A stretch of 64,000 nt of DNA from Phyllobates terribilis (lineage: Eukaryota), in contig NW_027362767.1 in the NCBI RefSeq assembly GCF_046119375.1, positions 90,024,001-90,088,000 on the forward strand, read 5' to 3'. A model generated the notes under the pieces. That model was not told the DNA's origin and did no database searches. It saw only the letters and a list, made by a program, of their open reading frames with translations. Numbering within the stretch: the first letter of the stretch is position 1; the number at the start of each line of letters is the position of its first letter. The position numbers and the translations under genes are program-made. Shown here piece after piece: positions 1 through 12,029 of the stretch.

Positions 1-89
1 CAATACCATATGCCCGGACAGCCCCTTTGATTATAGTTGCTTGGTGTAGAATCGGGGTTTAGTTCTCCATAATGGAGCCGGTGACTCAC

Positions 90-3000
90 CTAATGGAGCT
101 GTTTTTGTAGAACCACACGACACACAGTAATTACGGCTCATCTTTCCATCTTCACATAATGAGTCGATTGTGTCATCATCATAAAGAAAAGCATCTACAT
201 GAAGGGTCGGTCTCTGGAGCCTTTGAATCTAACAAAACACAAGATTTTTTTGGATTATTTTCTATGGCGGAGCTAAAAACTCCAGCAGAAACTTTCCGAT
301 GTATGCACAGAGAATTGCAGAGTCTATTCACATGTATGGAATATGGAGAGTAGTTTTCAATTTTTTAACAAAATGAATGTCAAATCCGACTCATGCGGAC
401 ATAACCCCACAATGTTCTGTGTGGATTCCAGATACATTCCCATTCATATGGATACTGTTTTCAGAAACCCACCCACATAGAGCAGGAAAAGAAAAGTGTG
501 CTGAGTTCAGGACATGATGCAGATTTTTAAATACATGGCATGAGCATTGCGTTGTGAAAATGATGAGAATTTTACAGTAAAATTTACCCTTTGCAATGGG
601 CAAAAATTCTTTGCATGGGAAACTATCTGCAGCAAAAATCTGCATGTACATACCTATAGATTTCCATAGTGGAGAAAACACTGAATGATATGACTTTCCA
701 CTTAATATGTTTGCAGGGGAATTGTGCCTCCCACACAAGAAGGGTAGTCCAGGCAAAAAGAAAAAGTTTCCCAGGGACTAGAAGCTGTAAAAAGTAACTA
801 CTCCCCTATCAGCACCAGCCTGGATGCAGTGCAGTTCTCTGAGCACTGACATATGAAGCGGAAAGGTCATGGTGAGTAGCACATCATCGAATGTTTTTCT
901 GAAGACCCGCTGCTCAAGTCACCTGAAACACTGCAGCCAATCAAAGTCTGCAGCGTTCCGGCTGCTGGAACAGTAACGTCTCCTCCTCCTGTGTCAGTGC
1001 AGAACACGGGGCACCCTGCCCTGGATTTAGGTGGATGCCATTAAGTGAGAATCACAGGTTTCTAATTTTTTACAGCTCCAGGTCCCTAGGAAATGTTTAT
1101 TTTTCCCCGGTTAACCCCTCTAAAGGTTTATTGTCATCTGGAAAGTTAAAGGCTTTTGCTAGACTACTCCAGCACTTTAGTGATCAGACATCGACTCAAT
1201 ATTCAAACCTTCCCAAGAGGCTCCATAATGACTACACAGAATGATTTCCAATCCTGACACACACATTCAGTTTGGTTTAGACTTAACAAAAGAAAAGAGA
1301 CTGGAAAAGTGGCAACATCAATGCTCAACTCACATGTGTGAAATCTGGAAATAATACGCCCAAGCAATTTAAGCAAATTCATGGGCCTATTAATCAAGAG
1401 TAAAACTCGTCGAGCAACATAGGTGACATTACTGAAGAAAACATAGCTTTCCACAACACCATGCCAACAGTGAAACATAGTGGGGCTAGTGTGATGGCAT
1501 CTTAACTCCTTAATGACTTATGATGGACCATGTCTGTCATAAGTAGTCTCCCTGCCTTTGATGCGGGCTTGCACGCGGAGCCTGCATCTTTTCCAGCAGA
1601 TGATGGCTGTGATATTCAGCCATCATCTGCTTCTAACGACCGCTGTTGTAACCTGTTAAATGACTACCTCTTGAAGCTCATCAAGAGAATGCCACGAGTG
1701 TGCAAAGCAGTCATCAAAGCAAAAGGTGGCTACTTTGAAGAACCTAGAATATGTAACATACCTGGCGGCGCCCTTGCATGGTGGTCCATCTTCCACTGTG
1801 CAAGAGCGCGCACTTGATCTCCAGTCCAGAATGTCTCTCTGGCTTCCCTCCATGCTGTCTGTTTGTGTCTGTTTCTGCTGCTTAAGGGTGGCGCCCGATC
1901 ACTTCCTGCTTTTTGTACCTGCTGTGGGTCACACCCCTTGTGCGTCCTCAGCCTATTGCTGTCTGTCACCTGGTATATAACCCAGCTGCTCCAATCAATC
2001 CCTGCCTGAGCATTGTGTTTCATTCAGTGTGTGCTTGCACTCTGAAGGTGCCAGGTCCTGTTCTGTGTTCTCTTGTCTGCCTATCCTGGAGGCTGTACTT
2101 CCAGGCCTGTCTGAACACGCTCCTAGCCTGTTCCTCCAGCCTTCTAGGGGCCGATTACCTAGACCCGCTCCTGTATCTTGTCTGTCCTGTCTGAACTCGC
2201 TCCTAGCCTGTTCCTCCCGCCTTCTAGGGGCCGATTACCTAGACCCGCTCCTGTATCTTGTCTGTCCTGTCTGAACACGCTCCTTGCCTGTTCATCCCGC
2301 CTCTCTGGGGGCCGTATTCCCAGACCCGCTCCTGTATCCCGCTGCAGTGTCGGTCTCTTCCGTACACTCAGTTCCAGTCTGAACTCTCTCCTATCCTTTA
2401 CCTGTTTTGCCTCTATGTCCGTTCCTTTCCTTTTTCTGCAGAGTCTGAACTCGTACCTAACTCTTGCTTGTTGTCTCTGTACTCCCGTTTGTGTGTTTGT
2501 GGTCCACTAGCTGCTTCACTGCGAGTACCTTCTGGGTATCTGGCTCTGCCTTTCCCTTCCTGTCTGTTCCGTGTGAGCAGAGCCCTGTTCGCCCTGCTCA
2601 GTCTCGCTCCGCTCTGACTCCTTTGCTCACCGCTCCAGGCGGTCTCGTCCTGACTTGCTCTTGCTCACCGCTCCAGGCGGTCTCGTCCTGCCCTGCTCTT
2701 GCTCACCGCTCCAGGCGGTCTCGTCCTGCCCTGCTCTTGCTCACCGCTCCAGGCGGTCTCGTCCTGCCCTGCTCTTGCTCACCGCTCCAGGCGGTCTCGT
2801 CCTGCCCTGCTCTTGCTCACCGCTCCAGGCGGTCTCGTCCTGCCCTGCTCTTGCTCACCGCTCCAGGCGGTCTCGTCCTGCCCTGCTCTTGCTCACCGCT
2901 CCAGGCGGTCTCGTCCTGCCCTGCTCTTGCTCACCGCTCCAGGCGGTCTCGTCCTGCCCTGCTCTTGCTCACCGCTCCAGGCGGTCTCGTCCTGCCCTGC

Positions 3001-6000
3001 TCTTGCTCACCTCTCTGGGCGGCCTCACTCTGCTGTGTTTGTCTGCCACATCTGTGGTTCTGTTCCAGAGTCCCAGTGTGTACTGGGTCCTATCCCGCCT
3101 GTGTTCCTGCCTGCTAGTGCCTTCCTGTCTGCACTCTAGCCGTGCTTGCCTGTACCCCCCTGCCCGCATACCAGTCGTGCCTGCCTATTCCCACCAGTCT
3201 GTGTGCCAGCCTAACCAGTCTGTTCCTGTATTCCCCTGTGTGGGTCAACAGCTGTGTCCGGGGTCTGTCCTGGAGTAGCACCTGGTCCCTCTGCTCGGTT
3301 CCTCCTGGGTGCACTGGCGTCGTATGCCGTCGTGCGACCCTGGTCGGATCGGGTGAATACTTCGTTACGCCCCTCCAGGCATTCACTCTCCGGCACGGTC
3401 CAGTGGAATCAAACGCACACGCCGCTCAGCCCGGGCGTGTGCATTACAGAATATAAGACATATTTTCAGTTGTTTCACACTTTTTTGTTAAGTATATAAT
3501 TCCACATGTGTTAATTCATAGTTTTGATGCCTTCAGTGTGAATGTACAATTTTCATAGCCATGAAAATACAGAAAAATCTTTAAATGAGAAGGTGTGTCC
3601 AAACTTTTGGTCTGTACTGTACATGTTTGGTATCTGCGTAAGTGTACTGACCTGTAAATAAAAAACAATTTCAGAATTGCTTTTTTTTGCTATTTTTCCA
3701 CACTTTGATTTTTTTTCCTCTCCAGAACATCATATGATAAAATAGATGGTGTCATTCAAAAGTATAACTTTTCTTGCAAAAAACAAGTCCTCACACGGAT
3801 ATAGCAACGAAAAAATAAAAAAGTTATGACTCTTGGAATAAGGGGAGGTATAAAGCAAAAGTGCAAAAACTAAAACTTGCCTGGTCCTTAAGTGGCTAAA
3901 GGGGTTGTTCAGGACTTACTGTACATAATGATGACCTGTACAATAGGTCATCAATATCAGATTGCTGAAGGTGTGATGCGCGGCACCCTCACAAATATCC
4001 TTTTTGCGGCACGTAATCTGCCTGAAAAGCAACATAAAATAAACATGATGCACAGCAATGTCAAAATGACATTGCTGTGCACATGTTCGATCTTATGTCA
4101 CTTTGTGTAACCACTTCAGGGTTACATAACCTTGAAGTGGTTAAAAGAAGTGACATGCTCTTTCTAGTGGAAGTCGCCCATTCTCTATACTTGAAAGTGT
4201 AAAAGATGCCGGCGCCAGCAAGAACAGAGACAAACTGCTGGAGAAGGCTCAGCGGGTGCGCTGGCATATAAATGATGCTGTGTGCACATACCCTTAGGCA
4301 GGATTACAATGACAAGCAACACCTCTATACACAGCTGATAACACAGGATCCACCAATCAGAATAGGTGATGTCACAGCTGACCTACTCCTCCTCCCTTCA
4401 CAATGACATTTGCACATGCTCATTAGATGCTTCAATTATATAGGGTCTGAGGCTATTGCAGCTAATGTACATGTGCATTTCTTTAAGCATGAGTCTAAAA
4501 TACACAGTGGCCAGTGAGGAATGTATTTTTTTTTAAATGCAGATCCTGATATGAAAAATAATAAAAAAAAAAATTAACAAAAATGTGTAAAAATAGATTG
4601 AACATGAAGACCTGATTTAAAAAAGTAGGTCATTTTCAGATGACATACTCCCTTTCATGTTTCCCTGACACAAAGCCTGAAACATTTGTCATTACTGAAG
4701 CAACAATGAATTGTGCGGAGGACCAAAAATTATTCGGAAACAATATCTCACCTCTTCCATTACTTGCTTCTCCGATATCACCATCGCCTCCACCGGCAAG
4801 CAGTTTCGCAAATCATCAGCAATATTGTGGAGCAGAACCTCTGAATTGTTTGTTGTTAGCTCTTCTATTTCACCTTAAAAACAGAAAACACTTCAGTGTG
4901 GAAACCAGTTTGACACCAGAGTAACATAGATCTCCTATAGGACCAAGTGCTGTACTGTAGCCACCATCAGACACATGGAAGCAGCTTCAGGAGATTAGTC
5001 ATCGGGGGACATCTACTACAGAGCGGGCAGCACTCTGATAGATTTGGCATAGTTTCTTTCTGGCCTAGTTTTGTACCGACTAACTTAAAGAGATTGTCCG
5101 CTACTTTTTCACTGATGACCCATCATTAGGATAGGTCATCAAAGTCTGATTGGTCAGGATCCAACACCCGGCACCTCCGCTGTTATCAGTGTCGGAGGCT
5201 CAAAAGTGAAGCATGAAGCACATTTTTTTCTTTTGACTTCCCAGGTGTTGATTTTTAGAAGAGTCAAAAATATTATTCTAATCCTACAAGACCCCAAAAG
5301 TGAACTCATCCCCAATTACAATTCTGCTTTGCCATGTAAAACAACATTTGCCTGTAAATATTCAGAATACAGTATCACTTTATTGGGGGCGCTGTGGCTA
5401 TCATGGTTCATTTGTTTTTATTTGTAAGAACATTTCTCCTAAATTGTCCCATGTGTGTTGTGATCTACAGATTTGTAGAAAACATTATGTACACTTTTAC
5501 AATCATATGTATTCCTGCATCTAAAATAGTGAAGCAATAGTCTTGATTTAAAATATTCTACTTTTGTGCCTACGGTTCCTGTGCAAAGCTGGGTATTTCT
5601 ATGGTCACAAATTAAACTCTGGGTGTAGATTAGAGCCAGTGCTTCTCAAATCACAACTCGCAAAAGTGAATGTATTTGCCCAGAAATCTATCAGGTTATA
5701 AGTTCTTCCAACCCTCTTGTTCCTATAACTTGTGGGAAGCGACTTGATCACATTCACTGTCATTAGTTGTGATGTAGCAGCGGCTGTTCACCACTTTCAA
5801 GCAAATTCTTAAAGGGAATCTGGCACCAACGGTGCCATTCCTCCCCAATGAGCAGCTGGCTCAGACAATATCTAAAGACTGCAGCTGATGAGCAGCAGTG
5901 GCCATATAACGCATCGCATCGGATAATAAAGCAAGGAGATCGAGGCAGGTGAGCGCGAAATTCACTCTCTTCTATGCCTTTCGAACTCCAAATATCAAAG

Positions 6001-7481
6001 CAGGTTTCGAGCGCTCAAAGAAATCAATGCAGCACACAGTTCAAAATGGCATAGGTAATTCTCTAGTTCTTATACTAGACTATTTAATGCAAAATCACTC
6101 ATCCGGAATGGAGGGAGACCAACGCTCAGTAAAAGTGAAATACAACTGTAAGAATAAGCTTCTTAATTCATGCTGCAGCTTTAGAATTCTCTTTTCCTGG
6201 AGGGTCCAACTGACTCAAGATAAGGATGGTATAATGAAGTCTAGTCCCGGGTTTCGGCACCAACTTTATGTGAGCTAAATTCACTCTCTTCTATGCCTTT
6301 CGAAATCCAAATATTAAAGTATTTTTTGAGATCTCAAGAAAATCAATACAGCACAGCTTTATATGGTGTACTAGATATGACTTTTGCTTTATTAGCACAT
6401 GTAGGCTTTTAAAAAGGGTCACAGACAAAGGAAACATTCCCTCCGAACTATAAGCCATTAGGAATTTTAGGGGCATGAATACAAATGTGAAACTTCCCCA
6501 CCCATCAGTGTTATTTGATCACCATTACACAGAAGTTATAGGGCAAAATGGATACTGTGCTCTCACACAGGACACAGTACTAAGTGCGGAAGGAGCGGTA
6601 GGTACTGTTGCGATTGGTATCTTTTTTTTCCCTTTCTCCTCACCCTGGACACATTAAGAAAGTGTTTGACAGCAATAGGTAACCCCACTGTGGGAAAGTC
6701 CCAAAAAATATTCACCCTGCACTTTTGAGTAGGACAGGAAATAGCTAAATTTCTGGGAGGGGCTTTTGGGAAGGTTAAGGGCTACAGCACACTCAGCGCT
6801 CCCCTGAATCTTGACCATGGCCCTTCTACTCTTATTACATGTCACCCCATTACCTGACCTCCATGAAATGTGTATTTGGATGCTGGGAATAGGTCTGATA
6901 ATGAAGCATAGCAGCGACACGCACAAGGAACCTTCCCGGAAGAGCGGCTTACTCATGGATTTTAGGGGCACCATGGAGATTCCTTCCAGGATTTTGGAAA
7001 GTCTCCCTTTTTACCGGAGGCAGACAGATATTCGGGGAGAGGTAACAATTATGGTGTAACATGACTGCAGGATACAAAATAGGATTCTACCCACAAGAAA
7101 ATTCGGAGACAGATCCAAATTTAACAAGACGCAACCTCCCCCCATCAAGCCCCAGAACGGAAGTGTGATTCTGACTCATACAAGGGTGCTGTAGAATGGG
7201 ACACGTGAACGACAGACAACATCCCACAGATGTAACGCATGTACACTAAGAACTGGAGATAAATAGATCAGGGGGAGACATAATCACTGATGGACACACT
7301 AGTCAGGGCAACCCAGGCTGATAACAGAGAGAACTAGATGGCTTCTCCACATAGTCACACATAAAGGAGCCGCCGACTTCTTACTGCTGGTTTTCATCCA
7401 CTGGATAACCTTGGGCAGGGCAGAGGGGGACACCTGCCCCAGTAATGTGAGGAGGGCATTCTGAGCTTCAGCTACATCCAT
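90..7481 (-). CDS. Uncharacterised conserved protein, 5' three coding exons (partial; continues left of the window); possibly a SAM-dependent methyltransferase-like family member
   Basis: Exons 7481-7385 (97 nt, ATG...ACCAGCA|gtaaga), 4873-4752 (122 nt, tttaag|GT...GAAGAG|gtgaga) and 228-90 (139 nt, ttgttag|ATT...CCATTAG|gtgagt) have compatible phases (1, 0, 1). They give MDVAEAQNALLTLLGQVSPSALPKVIQWMKTSSEIEELTTNNSEVLLHNIADDLRNCLPVEAMVISEKQVMEEIQRLQRPTLHVDAFLYDDDTIDSLCEDGKMSRNYCVVCGSTKTAPLG with no stops. From memory it resembles the zebrafish zgc:109986-type family; not verified by search. Confidence 0.85.
1330..1500 (+). mobile_element. Degenerate Tc1-like transposase fragment
   Basis: Translates to ...PTVKHSGASVMA, similar to the Tc1 PTVKHGGGSVMVW motif; short and decayed. 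Confidence 0.4.
2109..2345. repeat. About 3 copies of an 80-bp repeat inside the solo LTR
   Basis: GTCTGAAC starts recur at 2109, 2189 and 2269. Confidence 0.8.
2623..3011. repeat. 38-bp tandem repeat, about 10 copies, inside the solo LTR
   Basis: Unit CTGCTCTTGCTCACCGCTCCAGGCGGTCTCGTCCTGCC, near-perfect copies. Confidence 0.95.
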
Positions 7482-7977
7482 CTGCCCCAGTCATGCAGAT
7501 CACAGTATATTTATTGGGTGTACCAAGATGGCCGCCGCCACCGGCAGCACACCTCACCGGCTGTACCGGGGCACGAGCTCTGTGCGGCCTCAGCCTGTCA
7601 CTCCGTCCATTAACCCTACAGCCAAAGCAGCATTTAATCCAAATCAGCCCACACTCTGCGCAGCAGCCGCTGCCTCCTCATCACTAGGAACGGAGATAAG
7701 CGTCTACAGCGGCAGGGGGACAGCAATATGGGTAACACCGGAGGTCCATGGGGGAAGAAGAACCCTGGGTAAAGGTTAAAGGTCGCCAGCATGTGGTGAC
7801 GTTTCCTATAGACCGGAAGCTGCTGGGATATGCTCGGGTTTCCGTGAGCTTCTGTTTAGAATCTGGACGTCGTTTCCGAGGACTGGGGAGAGAGGAGGAG
7901 GAGGAGACGTGGAGGCGCCGTCCCGCCGGGGGCGGAAGAGACAGTGACACCCGGAGCAGGGGCGAGTTATACTGAGG
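7482..7977. promoter_or_regulatory. Candidate bidirectional GC/CpG-rich promoter and putative SRP54 non-coding exon 1 (donor after 7977)
   Basis: CpG-rich relative to the flanks; YY1-like CAAGATGGCCGCC near 7524, CRE half-site TGACGT 7797-7802, ETS CCGGAAG 7813-7819; plus-strand donor CTGAGG|gtaatg at 7977/7978; lies directly upstream of the minus-strand ATG at 7481. Confidence 0.55.
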
Positions 7978-8335
7978 GTAATGTGTGGGCAGGGATCCGG
8001 CTCCAGCAGCTGCGGGTTATCGGGTTCTCTCCTGGGAAAGCACAGGGCAGGAATAATGGCCTCATGACCAGAACCAGGGGCCAACAGGTCTCCTGATGTA
8101 AAGGTCTGAGATCCTCACTGCTGAGGAGAATATGGAGATCTTATGTTCTCCCAAAAGGTTCACACACTCAGCTGTGTACGAGATAATGATCTGCTGATCC
8201 AGGTAATCCACCATGATCTGGGGCCAGCAGGCTGGGATCTGGGGGGCCGGCGGGCATCCTGGGGCGGCAGGTTTGGATCCAGGAAACTGGGGCTGGGATC
8301 CAGGGGCTGGAGGGCTCGAATCCAGGATACTGGGG

Positions 8336-11300
8336 TCATAGAATCATAGAATGGTAGAGTTGGAAGGGACCTCCTGGGTCATCTGGTCCAACCCCCTGCT
8401 CAAAGCAGGATTCACTAGATCATCTCAGACAGATGTCTGTCCAGCCTCTGTTTGAAGACGTCCATTGAAGGGGAACTCACCACCTCTCGTGGCAGCCTGT
8501 TCCACTCATTAATCACCCTAACTGTCAAAAAGTTTTTTTCTAATATCTAATCTGTGTCTCCTCCCATTTAGTTTCATCCCATTGCTTCTAGTCTTTCCTT
8601 GTGCAAATGAGAATAAAGATGATCCTTCTACAATGTGACAGCCCTTGACATATTTGTAGACAGCTATTAAGTCTCCTCTCAGTCTTCTTTTTTGCAAGCT
8701 AAACATTCCCAAATCCTGCAACCGTTCCTCATAGGACATGGTTTGCAGACCAGTCACCATTCTGGTCGCTCTTCTCTGAACTTGCTCCAGTTTGTCTATG
8801 TCTTTTTTAAAATGTGGTGCCCAAAACTGTACACAGTATTCCAGATGAGGTCTGACCAAAGAGGAGTAAAGACCGATAATGACTTCACGTGATCTAGACT
8901 GTATGCTTCTGTTAATACATCCCAGAATTGTATTTGCCTTTTTTGCTGCTGCATCACACTGTTGACTCATGTTCAGTCTATGATCTATTAGTATACCTGT
9001 CTTTTTCACATGTACTGTTGCTTAGCTCTATTCCTCCCATTCTGTATATGCTTTTTTCATTTTTATTGCCCAGATGTAGTACTTTGCATTTTTCCCTGTT
9101 AAAAACCATTCTGTTGGTTGCTGCCCACTGCTCCAGTTTATTTAGGTCTTTTTGAATCCTCTCTCTCTCTCTCTCTCTCTTCTCTAGTATTAGCTATCTC
9201 TCCTAGCTTTGTGTCATCAGCAAATTTAATCAGTTTACCCTCAATTCCTTCATCTAAATCATTGATAAAGATGTTGAACAATACAGGTCCCAGGACGGAG
9301 CCCTGTGGTACCCCACTTGAGACATTCATCCAGCTGGATGTGAAGCCATTTACAACCACCCTTTGAGTCCGATCACTAAGCCAGTTATGAATCCACCTAA
9401 CAGTTGCCTGGTCCATTGCATACTTGGTCATTTTTTCAATAAGGATGGTGTGAGATACTTTGTCAAATGCTTTGCTGAAGTCAAGATATACTATATCTAC
9501 AGCATTTCCCTGATCCACCCAGTCAGTGATTCTGTCATAGAAGGAAATTAAGTTAGTCTGACATGACTTGTTAGTTACAAACCCATGCTGACTCTGGTTA
9601 ATCACTTCATTCTTATCCATGTACTTACATACATGTTGTTTAATAATTTGTTCAAAGATCTTTCCTGGTATAGAAGTCAGACTCACCGGCCTATAGTTCC
9701 CTGGGTCCACCTTCTTCCCCTTTTTGAAGATGGGAACAACATTTGCTCTTCTCCAGTCTTCTGGGACTTCTCCTGTTCTCCAAGAATTTTCAAAGATTAT
9801 GGAGAGTGGTTCTAAAATTTCTTCTACGATCTCCTTCAGTACTCTGGGGTGTAATTCATCTGGACCTGGAGACTTGAACTCATTTATGTTAGCTAAATAT
9901 TCCCTCACAATCTTTCTGTTTAAAGATAACTTGGATTCCTCTATTCCTTTAAAAGGACAGTGAAGATCAGTTGATGTTACATTTTCTTTCTGAGAGAAAA
10001 CAGATGCAAAATAGGAATTAAAAAGTTCGGCCTTCTCAACATCCTCTCTTACCATTTCTCCATTTTCATCCTGTAAAAATCCTATAGCATCTTTGACTTT
10101 TCTTTTACTTTTGACATACCCCCAAAATCCTTTTTTATTGCTTTGACATCTCTTGCAAGCCTTAATTCATTGTCAGCTTTAGCTAAACTGATACTTGCCC
10201 TGCAGGATCTGCAGACTGCATTATAATCTTCTTTAGATATGCCTCCCTCTTTCCATTTAATAAACATTTCTTTCTTTCTTTTTAGCATGTGTTTAAGTTC
10301 TGTGTTCATCCATCCTGGTTTCCTTAAATGCTTCCCATTCTTCCTACTTTTCGGGATTGTTAACGATTGTGCTTTGAGAATCTCATTTTTAAAAATTTCC
10401 CATCCTTCCTGGACATTTTTGTCCTTAAGGACATCCAGCCATTGGATCCCTCCTATTCTCTTTCTGAGTCTCTTAAAATCTGCCTTTCTAAAATCTAACC
10501 TTGAAGTTTGAGTCTTCACATGTCTTCCTCCTCTAGTTATCCAAAATTCTATAATAGCATGATCGCTGCCTCCTAGGGTCCCAGCCACCTTTACCTCCTC
10601 AACCATTTCCTCCCTGTTTATAAGGATTAGATCCAAAGTAGCAGATCCCCTTGTTTTCTCCCCTACCTTTTGGAAGATAAAGTTGTCAGCAAGATAGGAT
10701 AAGAATGTGCTTGACCTGTTAGTTTTACTTGAGAGAGATTACCAACAAATGTCTGGATAGTTGAAATCTCCCATGACCACTACGTCATATTTTTTGGAGA
10801 ACTTGGTCATTTGATACATAAAGAGTTCATCCATATCTTCAGCTTGCCCAGGTGGCCTGTAGTAAATGCCTACAATGGTGTCCTTTCCGTTGTTCTCTCC
10901 TTGTATTCTTACCCAAACAGTTTCCACAGAACTCCCAGTCTCTGAAGCTTCAATCTCTGTGCAGATATACGCTTTTCTAACATACAATGCAACACCTCCT
11001 CCTCGTTTATCAAGTCTGTTTCTTGCAAATAAGTTGTATCCTTTTAGCCTTTTATTCCAATCATGTGTATCGTCCCACCAAGTTTCAGTGATTCCAATGA
11101 CATCATATTCCTTTTCCTGCATTAGTAGTTCCAATTCTCCTTGTTTGTTGCCCATGCTTTGTGCATTTGTATAAAAACATTTTAGTGTTTGATTGGTTTC
11201 TCTTCCTCCCATATTTTTATTATTTAGATTTTTTTGTCTTTGTTCTTCTTTTCTACTTCCAGTAGCAGAGATCTCAATAGTATTTGTCAGCTGTATGGCT

Positions 11301-11480
11301 TTTTCTGGCCTTTTGCTTCCCTTCCCACATTGTTCTAGTTTAAAGCTCTTCTGATGAGTGTAGCAAGACGACTTCCAAATACATGTTTTCCAGTCTTCGT
11401 AAGGTGCACCCCATCTCTAGCAAGTAGTCCATCGTATAGGTAATTCATTCCGTGATCCAGAAATCCAAATCCTTGTTGAC
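8336..11480 (-). mobile_element. CR1-clade LINE, 5'-truncated and frameshifted (ORF1 tail plus APE-RT ORF2)
   Basis: The 3' end has the CR1-type ATTCTATG repeat; ORF2 pieces are 11212-10739 (APE: YTNAQSMGNK, GITETWWD), 10636-10082, 10055-9138 (RT: [24 protein letters not shown]) and 9009-8518; the upstream frame reads LLARDGVHLTKTGKHVFGSRLATLIRRALN*, an SGNH-esterase-like ORF1 end. Confidence 0.95.
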
Positions 11481-12029
11481 GGCACCATCGACGTTGGGAT
11501 CTGGGGGGCTGGTGTGTTGGGATTCAGGGGGCCAGCGGGTTGGGATCTGGGGGGCTGGTGTGTTGGGATTCAGGGGGCCAGCGGGTTGGGATCCGGGGAC
11601 CTGGGGCCGGTCTGATGTCCGTAGTCGTACACATAAGAATAATAGCAGGCACTACTAAAATAATCTACGTTTACTGATCATTTGCAGCAGAGCCGGCTCC
11701 CGGGCCCTTGGCTGACAATCCCGAGGATTACTCTTCGCTTTTTTTTCCCCACAAACACCTGTAACTTTTTTATTATTAGACTCTTACATATTCGACTTTC
11801 TGATCTTTTTTTGTTTTGTTGGGGACGGGGGGAGGATAAAGGAAACAAGAAGCCGCAATTCTGATATATAGAGATGTGTGTGTGTGTGTATATAGATTAT
11901 TATTCATTACGCTGGAGAATTACACACGCTACAATACCAAATATGTTTACTATTAGTTGTTATTTACTTTCCAGGAAAAGTTATGACATGAATAGTTTTT
12001 ATTTAAAACAAAAAGTAAATAAATATTTA

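Larger units (their letters stand above)
1752..3448. mobile_element. Solo LTR-like insertion, 1697 bp, with a 5-bp target-site duplication
   Basis: Starts TGTAA and ends TTACA; GAATA is duplicated at 1747-1751 and 3449-3453; removing it restores the uninterrupted Tc1 sequence cctagaata|taagacat seen near 13480; no gag/pol ORF. Confidence 0.85.
1661..3619 (+). mobile_element. Terminal (TIR) fragment of the DD38E Tc1-like family, split by a solo LTR
   Basis: 1661-1751 and 3454-3619 together match the about 265-bp TIR of the element at 12030-13652; ends ...TTGGTCTGTACTG followed by TA (3620-3621). Confidence 0.85.

Noticed and set aside
2464-3278. Long ORFs of 146-217 aa in three frames
   Set aside because: They are translations of the 38-bp repeat inside the solo LTR; no domain is present.
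4640-4924. Plus-strand 94-aa ORF
   Set aside because: Antisense shadow of exon 2 of the minus-strand gene.
5500-5530. Possible extra exon of the minus-strand gene (ttttag|ATGCAGG...)
   Set aside because: Not needed; exons 1 and 2 already join in frame, and no good donor follows.
5957-6350. Degenerate direct repeat of about 45 bp, roughly 320 bp apart
   Set aside because: Short and decayed, with no TSD or recognisable family; probably old TE debris.
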